Source: Styela clava
Taxonomy: Eukaryota
Direction: 5' to 3'
DNA length: 64,000 bases
NCBI RefSeq assembly: GCF_964204865.1
Contig: NC_135256.1
Span: 2,356,001-2,420,000, forward strand
Each line of letters starts with the position of its first letter. Within the stretch, counting starts at the first letter, position 1. The notes beneath the pieces are model-generated. The model was not told the DNA's origin and made no database searches. It saw only the letters and a program-made list of their open reading frames with translations. The position numbers and the translations under genes are program-made. This document shows, piece by piece, positions 26,871 through 41,049 of this stretch.

Positions 26871-29800
26871 ATTACTGACGGCGTACCACTTCAGTGTTTT
26901 TAGTCTGGCAGCATACCACAGACAATGCTACAAGAAACGCGCTATGGTAGTATTTTATAATATGGCGCTGCATCCATTTTTAGACATTCGTGTAAAGTTT
27001 CAACGTAATATCTATGCTCGGTTACAATGTACTGTATTATTCGGCTGCAAGGTCGCAAGCGAACTTGCGTCGTTTGCCGTCAAAGCTGTGGGGCTATAAT
27101 CATCGCCATCGTTTAGTTATCGCAAAACTCGAACGAATACACTTTGATCGCAAACGCAAACCGAAGTTTCCAAATTAATTAGCCTTAAAACTTAAGATTA
27201 TGTCGATCAATCAACACATACACAAGGTAGCAATAGCAACATTTATATGGTGTATGAAGGCACCATTAGTATATCTTCACACAATTAGGCCACCTCCGTT
27301 GCCGCGATTTTTCAATGCAGATGCATTGCATATGTAAAAGTATAGGTAACCGGCGAAAACATGCCCGCCTCGTTTTGTTTTAGGTGGGAAGTAGCGGGGG
27401 CGAGAGCGATCTCTTAAGTAAAACAAGGACTGGTAGTGCTATAAACCTGTTCAGCAAATACATACAGTATGGAAGGTAAAGAGAATGTGCTAGCACCATA
27501 TTTTGGCCTACTCAAATGTTAATTGTTGTTATTAATTCATTGCCGCCCGCGCACCAGTTGAAAAGATCCCGCGTACCACTAGTGGTAAGCGTACTACAGG
27601 TTGAGGAACACTGATCTTTAATGTAGTCGCAATAGTTTTGCGTGTACGTCGCATCAATAATAACTTAGAAATGTTAGAATCAAAGCATTAAGTTAGAGTT
27701 CGGCCAATCGTCAATTCTTTTCCATCGGGCCTCGTTAACTTTTACCTTTATGTTAGGCCTTCCCGCTTTTATTTACATAATGTTCAGTTGTTAGCTACCT
27801 TTTTTTCAACTTCTAATTTTCATTTATTCATACTTTTGTTACAATGTTAAATTGCCAGATAGGACACAGGACAATCGCATGTTCATTTTGTTGATTAAAA
27901 TGGCAGGACGTGAGGGTCAAAGTCTAGCGACTTTATAATTACCGTAAATGTTGGATATATAGAGAGAATATATAGATCTGAATTAAGTTATCTACTATTG
28001 TATGTAGTCGATGACCACATGCTGATCAATGTTGAACACGGCTACAGAATAACAGATAATTAGGTTCCCAACCTCCTGCCGAATTTTCACGTGTTGAAAC
28101 CTCAACTGTTGATAAAATACTTTTGGGATTTTTGTTGTGTTGAGGATAAAAAATAATAGTTTTGATTTGCATTGTTGCAAATTGTGGTCTTTATTAACTT
28201 TGAGAATAAATGAATTTGAGAACAAGTCCTTAATAGTGACACATTGTTCATGCATCTGAGTCAAAGATATCTATTCGAAAAAGCTCTTTCTGACGATTTG
28301 ATAGGTCTGTTCTTCTTTTTGCAAATATGCTCAATACTCTGATATTTATTTCCCTTTCGTTCAGTCCAGAACATTGTATTTATATGTCCGCGGTAATAAT
28401 ATAATATAGCAATATTGATATCAGTGTAACTGAAATTTAAAGTATGGGTATCAGTGCATCAGTGCAATTATATCAGCAAAGATTTAGCGGTACAATAATA
28501 AGTGTGTTGGTGGTTACATCCTGACAGAGACTGAATGTTATCTGGTAATATCAGCTATTGAATGTAACTCTCATGGCAGAACGTACAATACTCGATCCTT
28601 TACCTTCAACTGCAAAACTCCATACCAACAGCAAAATTATTCCAGCTGCGAGCAGTGTCAGCTGTAGCAACGTTCATTCACTAAGTTTTTTAAGTAGTGT
28701 TTATTGCCCGAGAATTTTGTACTGAATAAATTGTTTCACAAGGATTCAGCAATAATTCCCAAACTATATCAACCAGACAAAATTGTTTTGCACAGAGCCA
28801 TCTTTTTCGACACCTCACAGACCCTATTAATTATTTGCGACCCCAGCTTATTATCTCTCAAACCTCATTCGTAGTCGCGACCCTTGGTTTGGCAAGTCCT
28901 GCCCTACAACAAAACATTCTGCCAATGCGCTGTACCTGTGCCTCAAGTACTGTGATATATTTAAGTATTGAACAGAAGAAGCTACTTCAGTATATAATCT
29001 ATCTGGCGGTACAGTCTGTACCATTTTATTCTCACTTGTTTAATAGATTTACTCGTTTCCCACTAATACAGCGAGTAACCTTTGTCTGAAGGCATGCTGA
29101 CGTTATTTAGCCACTTCAATTTCCACAGGCGACAGCGCGTTGACAGAATGACATTCTCTAATAGGATGTGCCAGCCCCGGCACGCAAGCCTCGGAAACGT
29201 GATCCTTCCCTTTTTCAGATAAAAAAAAGTTACGTAAAGGTAGTATTATCTGATGAAATTATTAAAACTGTCTTTGTTCTTTCGTGACATATGGCTACAA
29301 ATCAGTTATACCGCAACAACCAGCTAAACTCTCGAACTTCGAACAATTCTCTCGAGACAGGCGTAACACTATGCTCCCCAGCTTTCCATTTTAGGGGAGT
29401 TCTTCCTAAAATTGGGGGTAAATATTTTGCAGTGAGTGATAAAACTATAAAATGTATTATGTATTTGCCTGGCCATCTGCTTTTATTTTTTTTCATTGTA
29501 TTTTTACTGTTTGGTTCTTTACAAATACCTTTAAAAATATCAGTAGTATGTTCTCAACAAATTTCAGTTTGCACGCGGAAGCTTTTTGTCTTTGAATTTA
29601 GTCGTCTCGGCACGCAAACCGCAAAAAGTTGCTCTCCGCTGATTTAGTGAAAAAGTGACTCAATCGGAAACACCACGATGCATATAATATTAATAAACGA
29701 TGATCAAAGCACTTAACCCTGTTTATTATGTTGAGTATATTGTAAAATGACAAAATAGTTTCTTATTAATAAATATAACCCATGTTCACGATAGAGAAAG

Positions 29801-30162
29801 TTACAAATATTATATTTTGTGCCCAGGTTACCACATTTCCCACAAGACGACAATAAGCTCCTGTGCAAGTTGAAACCATAATAACCTTTGAATTCCGGAA
29901 TATATAATTTTGATGTAGTCATTTCTAGATTGCTTCATCTAGTTTAAAATAAGTTTTTTGCCGCGAATGTCGAAATGGTATAACTTGTTACCAAATAATA
30001 CCGATATTGAACCTTGAAATGTTGTCAGAGTTATAGCTCACTCTTTTTTTACTAATGTTTTCGTTGATTTAACTGTTAAATGTCATACAGTATAGATGTC
30101 TCGGTTCGTAATTATGCAAACACGAGAGATTTGAGAAAAAACATCCCCGCAACGTTTTAAAG

Positions 30163-30852
30163 CAGGGTCGTCCAACCCGTGGCCCACGGGCTACATGTGG
30201 CCCGTCGAAGGTTTCCGAGTGGCCCGCGTGGTATTTATCGAATCTCAATGTCTTTCACAAATCTGAGCCACTATTGAAAGCTCTAATAAAAAATTGTCGT
30301 TCAATCGCGCGAGAAGTACCACTTAGCTATCGAAAGCTTTTTTATGTCCATTTGTGGTCGTTATCGCTTGTGAAACATGCTTTATTTTTATAGTCTGTCA
30401 AGTATTTCAGTCTGTTTTCCTGTCTTTTTTTTTGTGAAGCTAGGAGAGGCAGTTTTATGACCTCAATATTTGACAGCATTCACTTCTACGATCAATGTTT
30501 TTTCACGGATGAACCATGTAAAATCACGTGTGAGATACTAATTTCTGACAGCCACGTGAAAAATCCGTTCCGCATTGCTGCTACATAGTTCATTGCGCCC
30601 ACTATTGGCAAACTTGTCTGATAAACGCAGTGCTATACTTCCCATTGAAATATCTATGTGTGGTTAAAACTTTAGACGTTATACTGCATCTTCGTATTTC
30701 CATTGTTCTTATAATTTACGTGCTTTGTTTGTTTTTACATTGATCTGTAGTCGGTGTAGTGAAAACTAGAACATAACAACTATTTCAAGTGGCCCGCACA
30801 ATCATTCGTAAACCGAATGTGGCCCTTCGTCCAAAAAGGTTGGACTACCCTG
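30163..30852 (+). mobile_element. Non-autonomous hAT (Charlie/Buster-type) element with transposase C-terminal remnant
   Basis: TIRs cagggtcgtccaacc / ggttggactaccctg, perfect 8-bp TSD ttttaaag, subterminal ggcccg motifs. ~30460-30648 reads as a decayed hAT dimerisation tail (SIF.S...FSRMNHVKSRVR..ISDSH...RIAAT...QC.TSH*). Confidence 0.88.
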
Positions 30853-33800
30853 TTTTAAAGTATCAAATTTGTGTTTTCTAGTTAGGGTTCGGGTTAGGAA
30901 TGTTATGAAAGTTAGAATTTCTAGCGCAATCTGCATTCCTTCTTATTCTAAATAGATAATTCTCATTTTATTTGATCTTAGAGGTGGTGGGGGGATTTTT
31001 GAGGAGGCTTTGTACAAGATTCGTGTTGGAATTCCTTGGCATTGTAATTTCACAGAAAAAATTTGATCATTGGTTTTGATGCATAAAAGTTTTTTTTTTA
31101 TCTCTTTTACACTTTAATTTGGAAGCATACGTTTTATTTATTAGGGTTATTTCAGAATACAAAAATGCTATTAAAGTCTTTCAAATCGCTTTTAATCATA
31201 ATTTAAATTTTCGAAAATTTGGCATTAGCGATCTATCTAGATTGATCGAACTAAAACCCTGAAAAGCCATTGAAGTATAAAATTCTGATGCAATACATTG
31301 TGTTAATGGAATCTCTGTGGGAAGAAGCAATAAAACCAAACACAACAGAATTTTAATGAATTTCAAAATTGGAAATTCGCCTCAATAGAGCCGGCGAGAA
31401 TTAAAAATTTCTTTCTATTTTAATTTAAATTGTGTTCATGGTAACTCGCGGTTGCGGCGACTTACGACAATATGAAAGCATTACTTCTTTGAAATGCCAC
31501 GGCAGTCTGCGAACATACTAATGTGAGAATATAATTGCCCGATTATATTTAGTTTTGATACATATTTTTGCGATCTTGCGAATTTGTTATCGCCGGTAGG
31601 AAAATCCTACTATCTGCTATAAATTTCTAGAAAGTACTGTACAACTTGATTTAGTACTTATTAAAATATACATAAAGTATATTAGTAAGTCAAAAATACA
31701 TAATCATCGCCTTGCTTTATTATTAATTTAATTATGATCATTTTAATTTTTTGCGGTTGTGTTGACGAAATAAAAGCACTATTGCACAGAAATTATCATG
31801 ATAATCTGTGTACACAAAAATGCGTGGTAAAGCCGCTTTCCTAAAATTCAAGACAAGCGAAACGATGACATAATTCAGCAGCACTCATAAGTTGCGAGGT
31901 AGCTGTGTGGGAATTATATTTCGAGTACAACCATGATCTAACTGTTTACTGTATTGTTGTGGAACACGACACCAATAGCGGAAATTATTCGAGTCAATGA
32001 GTCTGAAATTACTTTTATAGTGTGGAATGATGAGAATTTATTCTTGAATGAAATTTATCTAATCTAGAAAGTGTTGTGTTATTCAGGAAACTGAAACCGG
32101 ATTGGAAACAATCTTTTCGCTATTTTAAAATTCATTTCCGTTAATAAATAATAAAACGCTAGTTGATATAAATCAGGATGAATTTACAAGAAAATCAGCA
32201 TTGAATATAATGCTAATATACAATGGGTATTTAATACCCACGCTCAGCTGAAAAACATGAAGTGTCAAACAATTTTCAACATCAGACCTCATGGATTTCA
32301 TGTGATTAGAGTAAACCTTAACAGCAATTTTTGTCGTGCAGCTTAGAAAGCAAGATTTTCTTGATTGTTTCATTCTGTATTTTCGGATCGTGAAGTCGAT
32401 AAAAGAAAAGAATCATCTGATAACTAACCGACCGACTCCGGCCAAAGTTAAAAAAGAATATTGAACTCTGATTCTAAAACATATAGTTTCGACATTGAAA
32501 CCCCTGTTTTCAAGTCAATTTTAGTTGATTCCGACTTGACTTTCTCTTATCCAATTAGAATTTTTGCATAAGTTGATGCATTGAAGTGGAATGACTGGTT
32601 ACCATTTAAAACCCATATTGAAATATGAATTGTAGTCTCGAGCTCTATCATCGATGAATTGTTGATTTGCTCAGATGATATTAGTTTGTCTGATTTTTTT
32701 CCTTCGCATAATATCCTCATTCACACAATCTAGAAGACTCCGTTTTAATTTACTTCGAGTTTTGTTTTTAAAACTAATGACATCTCAGTTGCATAGGGAA
32801 ATTTATAGATTGAAAGTAATTGCTTCCCTCTCATCCACGCTTTTGGATTTTAATCGAGAACTCGAAATACTCCCCTCCTTTATTCGATTTTGTGATCTAT
32901 TCAATCAGGTATTTTTATATATTTGGAAAATTTTCTCGTTGTCTGTGCCGAATCAGAATTCAACTTTATATCTTGCAAATCGAACAACTTGGTTTTGTAA
33001 CCTCGAGTTTTTGTTTTACTCCTTGTTTTGTCTTATTTGAATTGCGTTTATACAACTTTTCATGACATAATACCATATTCTGGAGGTTTCTGATATCCAA
33101 TTTGAGAATCGCGATCCCCAATATTATAGAGCACTATGCTATGGGTCGCCTGAAATTTTTTTGGGTCGCTTGATATTTGAACAAAAAACTAAAAGTTACT
33201 GAATTTATAGTAAATTAAATTTTTCATTTTATATTTGTATTGGAGTGTAGATTGTAATTTTTCATGTAAGAAGTATAACTGCATAAAACTTAAGTAACTA
33301 TAGGTAAAAACTTAACTTAACTATTTTACTTAAGTAAAGACACGCCTCGATTTTGAAAACTTTCTCACGTTGAATTAAACAATGAAAAAATGAATTTTCA
33401 TATTATTCAGTTTATTATGCGACCATAAATGTACTGCCGCTTAGTTTTTTACGCGTACGCGTAATTTCATGAAATTTATGTTGTGAAAATTTTGGACCGA
33501 TTAAAGAATAGGTCGGGACCACTGTGATAGAATACTTCTAGATAGCCAACAAACATCTTGACCGTAATCTTCAAACTGGTAGGATCTGTCGATAATTTAA
33601 AAATGAAATGAATATTCGGTTCGTTTTAGTTGAAACGCAGACGGATTATTTCAGCGGCAAGGGTTTGAAACAGTCAGAAGAATTATTAAACACTTCCGTC
33701 TCCCCCGAAACACAGGATACATATGTTCTACTCTTTACTGATTGAAACTGGCAGTTTTTTTCTTTGCTTATAAATTTCGTAATAATTTGCTCCATTTGTT

Positions 33801-34219
33801 TAAAGTTGTGCAAAATAAGCGATGCGAATACGATACTTGGAATATAAGTGGCAATACCCAAAACGTATAACGGTTTTAAATGTTTTTTTTATTATAATTC
33901 TGAATTGACCCTAGTCATTCAAAACCCATTCTACGCGCAAAAATAAAAGTGACGTTGAAAAAAAATTTAACATTAGCTCTTATGGGAAATGTGATCACCA
34001 GAGCAGAAATTTGCAATTTTTGGGATTTTCTAGCAATATTTTTCTATGGACATGTGCAGTTTTGAAGATAGAATAGAATGACACTCCATGGCTCGTTTGA
34101 AAGGACTGGCAGAGCGCATTTCAGGAAAATGAACAAATCGTTTGTATCACATCTTTGCATACTACATCACTCGAATAATAGGTATACTCCATATTTTTTT
34201 TATTCAATTCCGAAAAATA

Positions 34220-34270
34220 AAGCGCGGGCCACACGAAATGCTTCCGCGGGCCACGGGTTGGATGACCCTG
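34220..34270. mobile_element. Right terminus of a hAT MITE
   Basis: gcgggccacgggttggatgaccctg followed by ctctaaaa (NTCTANAN-type target). Left end not identified. Confidence 0.6.
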
Positions 34271-35368
34271 CTCTAAAATAGTAATATATGGCACGGCAGC
34301 TGCAGATTGCCAGACTTTGATTCGATTTGTTCGGGCCGCGTTTCTTTTATTTTCTTTTGTAGTTGGCAATCACGGGATTTCTCTCCAGTTATCGGCGGTC
34401 CTTTTTCAACTTGGTTATTCAATTTTTTCGCACTTTATGAATTTTTGATTAACTAAGAAATTACACTGAATATATTTTGATTGTTTTTGCTCACAAGTTC
34501 AAATTGCTTCTTTTCGTGTTTAGCGTACCGGCAGTCTATGAATTATTTATCCAAGTTCAGAATACCTTCCAGTATGGTCGGCATGGCCAATGACGTCAAG
34601 TTTCTTCTCAATATTCACTTCAAGTTATTCTATTCATTAATTATCAATCTAAACAGCTCAATACAACCAAATACTTCAATCAAAATGACAAGCATACAAT
34701 AAAGCGACAAGTATCAGTTAGCACAATGCAAGAAAACAGAATATACACAATAAAAACACTTTGTACAGTACTGATGATAGCTAATTCCCTGACAACAACC
34801 AAAAATACAACGCTAAAATACTGCAATGGCACTGTACTGAAACAATAATATCAGCCTACTGTCTAGCATAAAAACATCCAACAAATCCGCATCTCGCAGT
34901 CCCAAAAACCAGAAAACAAACATCCCTGATAACCCACCGGAGACCAGAGGCACTCCCACAAACACTCATGACCAGAATCCAACCAAAAACCAACCACACT
35001 GTACCGGTACCAACTATATCACACCACAGCACACGCCAACAGGATACCACAGGGCAGATCGACAGTGTCACAGCGCCCTCAGTGTTGAAAATACAAAATA
35101 TAGCAATAATATCACATGACATCATTTAACAGATAAAACAAGGGTCATCACACGTGTATTCTGGTTTATTCAGCAGCTGATTTGGCAATGAACCGCTCAT
35201 ACCGGAAATTGTGTTATTTATTCGAATGAGGTATATTTTCGAAAGTATGAACTAAATTGTAAATCGGACTTATGTAATAGTATTGTATTGCAATTTCGAG
35301 TGCTGTCAGCGTGTTCCCGATGCAAATGTTTGGGCGGATTGTTTTCGATGCCTTTTGCAGAGATCGTT

Positions 35369-38300
35369 GTATCTGACTGAAATCTAAGTTTTTAATAGAC
35401 AATGCCGCAACGGATTATTAAACCAAATTTTAGAGTTTAGTTAAGCGAGTAATGTTTTATATAATCTTTCAGCATTTTCAATGTGTGTAAAAAACCGTTA
35501 GCTGGTCCGCGTAGGAAATGTGCCATCTAAATCAGATTAGTGTGTCCTTCCAGTTTGAGTTAAGATAAACGTCATTAAATATAACGTTGTACAAAAGATA
35601 ATCCTTTAACTCTAATGTTTGACTCTACTGCTGTGTTTACTATGATGCTGTGAAATTCGATGCCAACAGCGGAAATTATTCTATTAGCAGCGCAGCGAGG
35701 TTCATTCACAAATTACCATCCACTGATTACTGTATATTTGCTCAAGGGTTTTGTACTTAATATTTTTACGCAGAATCAGCAATAATACTCTAAACAAGCC
35801 GGTAAGTGCCGAGGATCCCCGCTAATTGAGGCCCACATTCAAACAACCGGTTACCCTCCACAGAAACTTGCGATTGTATAACGTCAGCGTGATCAAGTGG
35901 ACCGAAACTGTCAGTTCATTTCAAACGATGCGCGTTTCGTAGACGTTCTTGCGTTAGTGATAAACTGTAGCTAAAAATTAAAATGATGTTCACTAAAATC
36001 ACCAAGGCTTACCCAATTTATGGAGTATCGGGACGAAAAACGATTTGTTGAAAAGAGTATTTTTCTGTGCGGAAGGTAGAGTTTTTAAGACCTTATTAGG
36101 TCCCTCGCGACTCCTGTCACACAACTTAAGTTATATTCCTGTTGTGTTTGAAATGTTTTTTCTTATGATACGTTTGTTTTGTGCTGACGAATAAAATGAT
36201 GATTGATGGATTTTAATTTTCTTTATCGACTTGTTTGAAGATAAAGCAGCAATGAATTGTAAAAAATCTGGGGCTTTCATAACAACCGACGCGTATCTGA
36301 CTGAAATTTAAGTTTTTAATAGACAATGCCGCAACTGATTATTAAACCAAATTTTAGAGTTTAATTAGGCGAGTAATATTTTATATAATCTTTCAGAATC
36401 TTCAGCGTGTGTAAAAAGCCGTTAGCTGGTCCGCGTAGGAAATGTGCCATCTAAATCAGATTAGTGTGTCCTTCCAGTTTGAGTTAAGATAAACGTCATT
36501 AAATATAACGTTGTACAAAAGATACTCCTTTAACTCTAATGTTTGACTCTACTGCTGTGTTTACTATGATGCTGTGAAATTCGATGCCAACAGCGGAAAT
36601 TATTCTATTAGCAGCGCAGCGAGGTTCATTCACAAATTACCATCCACTGATTACTGTATATTTGCTCAAGGTATTTGTACTTAATATTTTTACGCAGAAT
36701 CAGCAATAATACTCTAAACCAGGGGTCACCAAACTACGGCCCGCGGGCCGGATCCGGCCCGCGGCGTCATTTTATCCGGCCCGCAATAACACGTAAAAAT
36801 GGCTTAATTTTTTTCCAAGGAAGATTACCCCGAGCATCGTCTTCCTTGTTTATTTCGTAACATTGACCAATCAGCAAGATGCAAAAAAACGTGACGTAAT
36901 AAAAAGCCTCTTCGCATCTCAGCTCTGATAACTTTTGTCATCCTGACAGATTTCCAGTCGTGGTTGTAAACAATACTTTGTTTTTGCGACTTTGAATGCT
37001 ATTCGTTAGTTTTTGATTGTGTTGCGGAAATTTAAGTATGAATCAAATAAGTCAACTATCATTTGCATCCTTAGGAGTTGTAGTTTTAATAGTAGTAATA
37101 AAAAATTAGTCTAGAAATAGCTGTGAAAAAATAGGCTAAAATTCTCTACCGGTAAGCAACGTTTTCTGCGAAAGATGCACTTGTATACTCGTGGCGCGTG
37201 CTTTCGACGAAACTGTTTACGTTTCTTGTGCTAAAATAAATGTTGAATGTGCATTTTGCGCTAACAGTACTATAATCCTTCGCGTACTGCTCCAATTTCA
37301 TAAGACACACTAACTTTTGTACTGCTCAAATGCGGATATTCATGTAGTATGTTACAAAAAAAAATTAAAGTTCATCCGATTTGAATAAAAACTGCGCCAG
37401 TGGATAGATCTGAGTAAAAATAGAAAACAGTACCAAGTTTATAAAAACGGTCAAGAAATAACCGAGATATCGGAATTTTAGTACCGCCCGACAGGGCAAT
37501 TATTTTCATAAGGATTGTATTACTTTTTTGATAAGAACTGTAATAAATATGAAAAAATAACACATGTCAATCACTAATATTGAGACTATTTCGGGATTTT
37601 ATTCTGGCAACGGTCATTGACACCGCCGAAAAATCGTCGCAAATAAACGCTGGAGTTGTGCATGATAGTTTAATTTGCACTACGTATAAAAGGGGGGAGG
37701 CGGAATTTTTAAAAGCGTCGAAAGCTGAGAAATGTATGCGCTAATGAAAAAAATCAAATACCAGATATGTTGTTGATTTTATCTAAATTATGTCCAAATT
37801 TCATGGAATTCCAAGCTACAGCAGGCATTCCGTAGTCGTTTTTAGCAGTAGCAGTATTCCAACACGGCGTAACAGTACTTAGCAGACGTGAAGCGTACAT
37901 TATTTTGGCGCGAAATAGTCGATTTTGTAACATTCCTAATTCATGACAGCAACGTTTTGATAACAGCTAAACTCAGGATAGTTGTCTAGATATAGAAATC
38001 TTGTATATTTGTTTTCCTATGATGTTTTTGATCCATATTCTGCGATATAGATAGAATTAAATATTCAAGTCTTCAGAAATGTAGAATATATTCTGTTAAA
38101 TTGATTGGATGAATTTCCCAACTTTTGTGAATTTATTTTATTGCATTGACAAAAATATTCATCCGGCCCGTTTCAACCCAGTTTGAGTCATACCCGGCCC
38201 GCGGTCAAAAAAGTTTGGTGACCCCTGCTCTAAACAAGCCGGTAAGTGCCGAGGATCCCCGCTAATTGAGGCCCACATTCAAACAACCGGTTACCCTCCA

Positions 38301-39656
38301 CAGAAACTTGCGATTGTATAACGTCAGCTTGATCAAGTGGACCGAAACTGTCAGTTCATTTCAAACGATGCGCGTTTCGTAGACGTTCTTGCGTTAGTGA
38401 TAAACTGTAGCTAAAAATTAAAATGATGTTCACTAAAATCACCAAGGCTTACCCAATTTATGGAGTATCGGGACGAAAAACGATTTGTTGAAAAGAGTAT
38501 TTTTCTGTGCGGAAGGTAGAGTTTTTAAGACCTTATTAGGTCCCTCGCGACTCCTGTCACACAACTTAAGTTATATTCCTGTTGTGTTTGAAATGTTTTT
38601 TCTTATGATACGTTTGTTTTGTGCTGACGAATAAAATGATGATTGATGGATTTTAATTTTCTTTATCGACTTGTTTGAAGATAAAGCAGCAATGAATTGT
38701 AAAAAATCTGGGGCTTTCATAACAACCGACGCGTATCTGACTGAAATTTAAGTTTTTAATAGACAATGCCGCAACTGATTATTAAACCAAATTTTAGAGT
38801 TTAATTAGGCGAGTAATATTTTATATAATCTTTCAGAATCTTCAACGTGTGTAAAAAGCCGTTAGCTGGTCCGCGTAGGAAATGTGCCATCTAAATCAGA
38901 TTAGTGTGTCCTTCCAGTTTGAGTTAAGATAAACGTCATTAAATATAACGTTGTACAAAAGATACTCCTTTAACTCTAATGTTTGACTCTACTGCTGTGT
39001 TTACTATGATGCTGTGAAATTCGATGCCAACAGCGGAAATTATTCTATTAGCAGCGCAGCGAGGTTCATTCACAAATTACCATCCACTGATTACTGTATA
39101 TTTGCTCAAGGGTTTTGTACTTAATATTTTTACGCAGAATCAGCAATAATACTCTAAACAAGCCGGTAAGTGCCGAGGATCCCCGCTAATTGAGGCCCAC
39201 ATTCAAACAACCGGTTACCCACCACAGAAACTTGCGATTGTATAACGTCAGCGTGATCAAGTGGACCGAAACTGTCAGTTCATTTCAAACGATGCGCGTT
39301 TCGTAGACGTTCTTGCGTTAGTGATAAACTGTAGCTAAAAATTAAAATGATGTTCACTAAAATCACCAAGGCTTACCCAATTTATGGAGTATCGGGACGA
39401 AAAACGATTTGTTGAAAAGAGTATTTTTCTGTGCGGAAGGTAGAGTTTTTAAGACCTTATTAGGTCCCTCGCGACTCCTGTCACACAACTTAAGTTATAT
39501 TCCTGTTGTGTTTGAAATGTTTTTTCTTATGATACGTTTGTTTTGTGCTGACGAATAAAATGATGATTGATGGATTTTAATTTTCTTTATCGACTTGTTT
39601 GAAGATGAAGCAGCAATGAATTGTAAAAAATCTGGGGCTTTCATAACAACCGGCGC
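35369..39656. repeat. 924-bp tandem triplication upstream of paralog B
   Basis: Units start gtatctgactgaaat at 35369, 36293 and 38733. The second spacing of 2440 equals 924 + 1508 (insertion) + 8 (TSD). Single inverted homologue in the left arm (~21070-21490). Confidence 0.93.
36720..38227. mobile_element. 1508-bp non-autonomous hAT element, recent insertion
   Basis: Perfect TIRs caggggtcaccaaact / agtttggtgacccctg and 8-bp TSD ctctaaac (36712-19, 38228-35). Empty sites aatactctaaacaagccgg in units 1 and 3. Confidence 0.95.
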
Positions 39657-41049
39657 GTTTTTTATTGTTGATATAGAAACGAAACTTCATTCCGTACTTC
39701 CTATAAAACGCACATTACTAGGGTAACACATGCATGGAATTTCATCTAGATTGGTCCAGCCGTTAAGACGCTAAGACTCAGCCATACAGACAAACAGAAC
39801 GACCGATAATAAAGGTCCCCTATAGCGGAGATCCAAATATACCAGTATTTGGCAGACGATATGATTGCTAGAGATATGTTTCCGCATATTCTATACATGA
39901 AAATGTCCAAATGCATTGCTAAAGTGCGCACACGAAAAACAATTAAATTTTAGTTTTATTTTTGGATTGTTTTTTATATACTCGATTTTCGTTATGTCAT
40001 GACACTTAAAGAGTCATTGTGACTGCATATATGTCAAAACGATCTATAACCAATCTAAAAGGCCTGGTTGAATTTGGTATATGTTGTCACAATATTATCA
40101 CAAGCACTTGACTACTGCAATGTTCCAAACGAACCGAAATGAATTTTGGGGTTTTAAAACAGATTTTGCAGATTTATTTTCAGTTATTGAATTCTCGCCA
40201 TTTTTCATCGGTTTAAGCTTCAACTAATGAAAGCCATATATAATGTACTTTGGGATATGTTGATCGATTATTTTACTATAATGTTGAGAAATTCGATAGT
40301 GAAAGCGGAAATATTTGACATTTCATATCTATAATACAACTAAACAGTGGAACTCTTATAAATAAAGCTTTTTGTCGAGGAAAACCAAGGCAGATTTTAC
40401 GAATTTATAACGACACGAATACCTAGGATATTTGATAAAACTTAAGATTACAAAAATCCAACACTGGCCAAATTTTACTTTGTCATTCTCAGTTTAAACC
40501 ATAAACATAAGAGTCAACCTGAAGTGAATCATATAAAACACTTGAAGTGTTGAAGTTTCATTTCATCGCAATTGATGGTGAGTTTACTACATTATGAACT
40601 TGTTTAGTCAATGGGCATTACTTTTGTAAAATATTCCTGAAAATTTTAGAATAGGAAGTTCAATATTTATCCCGAAGAGAACAAAGTCGATAACACAGAT
40701 TAATTTTGGTACGTGGTGCCATATAATTAATCTTTATTATCACTATCTTCTCCCTGTGAAAATATTGAAATCCTATTTTATGCTTGAATCGTCATATCAT
40801 CTTTTCTTTCTACAGACAAATATAGAAAGCTGGATAGAATATAGAAATCCATATAAAACCATATCATATTCTTGTCCTGACCGGTTTTGCGTTGATTTCC
40901 ATTTTCTAGAAAAAGTTTCTTTCCAATGCCCTGATTACCAGTTTTTGGCTATAGTCTATTAATATCCCCAGCGAATTATTCTACATATTTCTTTTTCTTT
41001 TGTATAATCTATCTAGCAACACCGAATCTGATGTTTTATAGATTTGAAA

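Noticed and set aside
26610-33861. Assorted 60-120 aa ORFs in the central region
   Set aside because: Composition typical of AT-rich non-coding DNA, with no recognisable motifs or consistent exon chain.
34860-35125. Stop-free Pro/Thr/Asn-rich frame on + and W/C/V-rich ORF on -
   Set aside because: The A/C-skewed strand is naturally stop-poor. No splice or homology support; probably a retroelement remnant.
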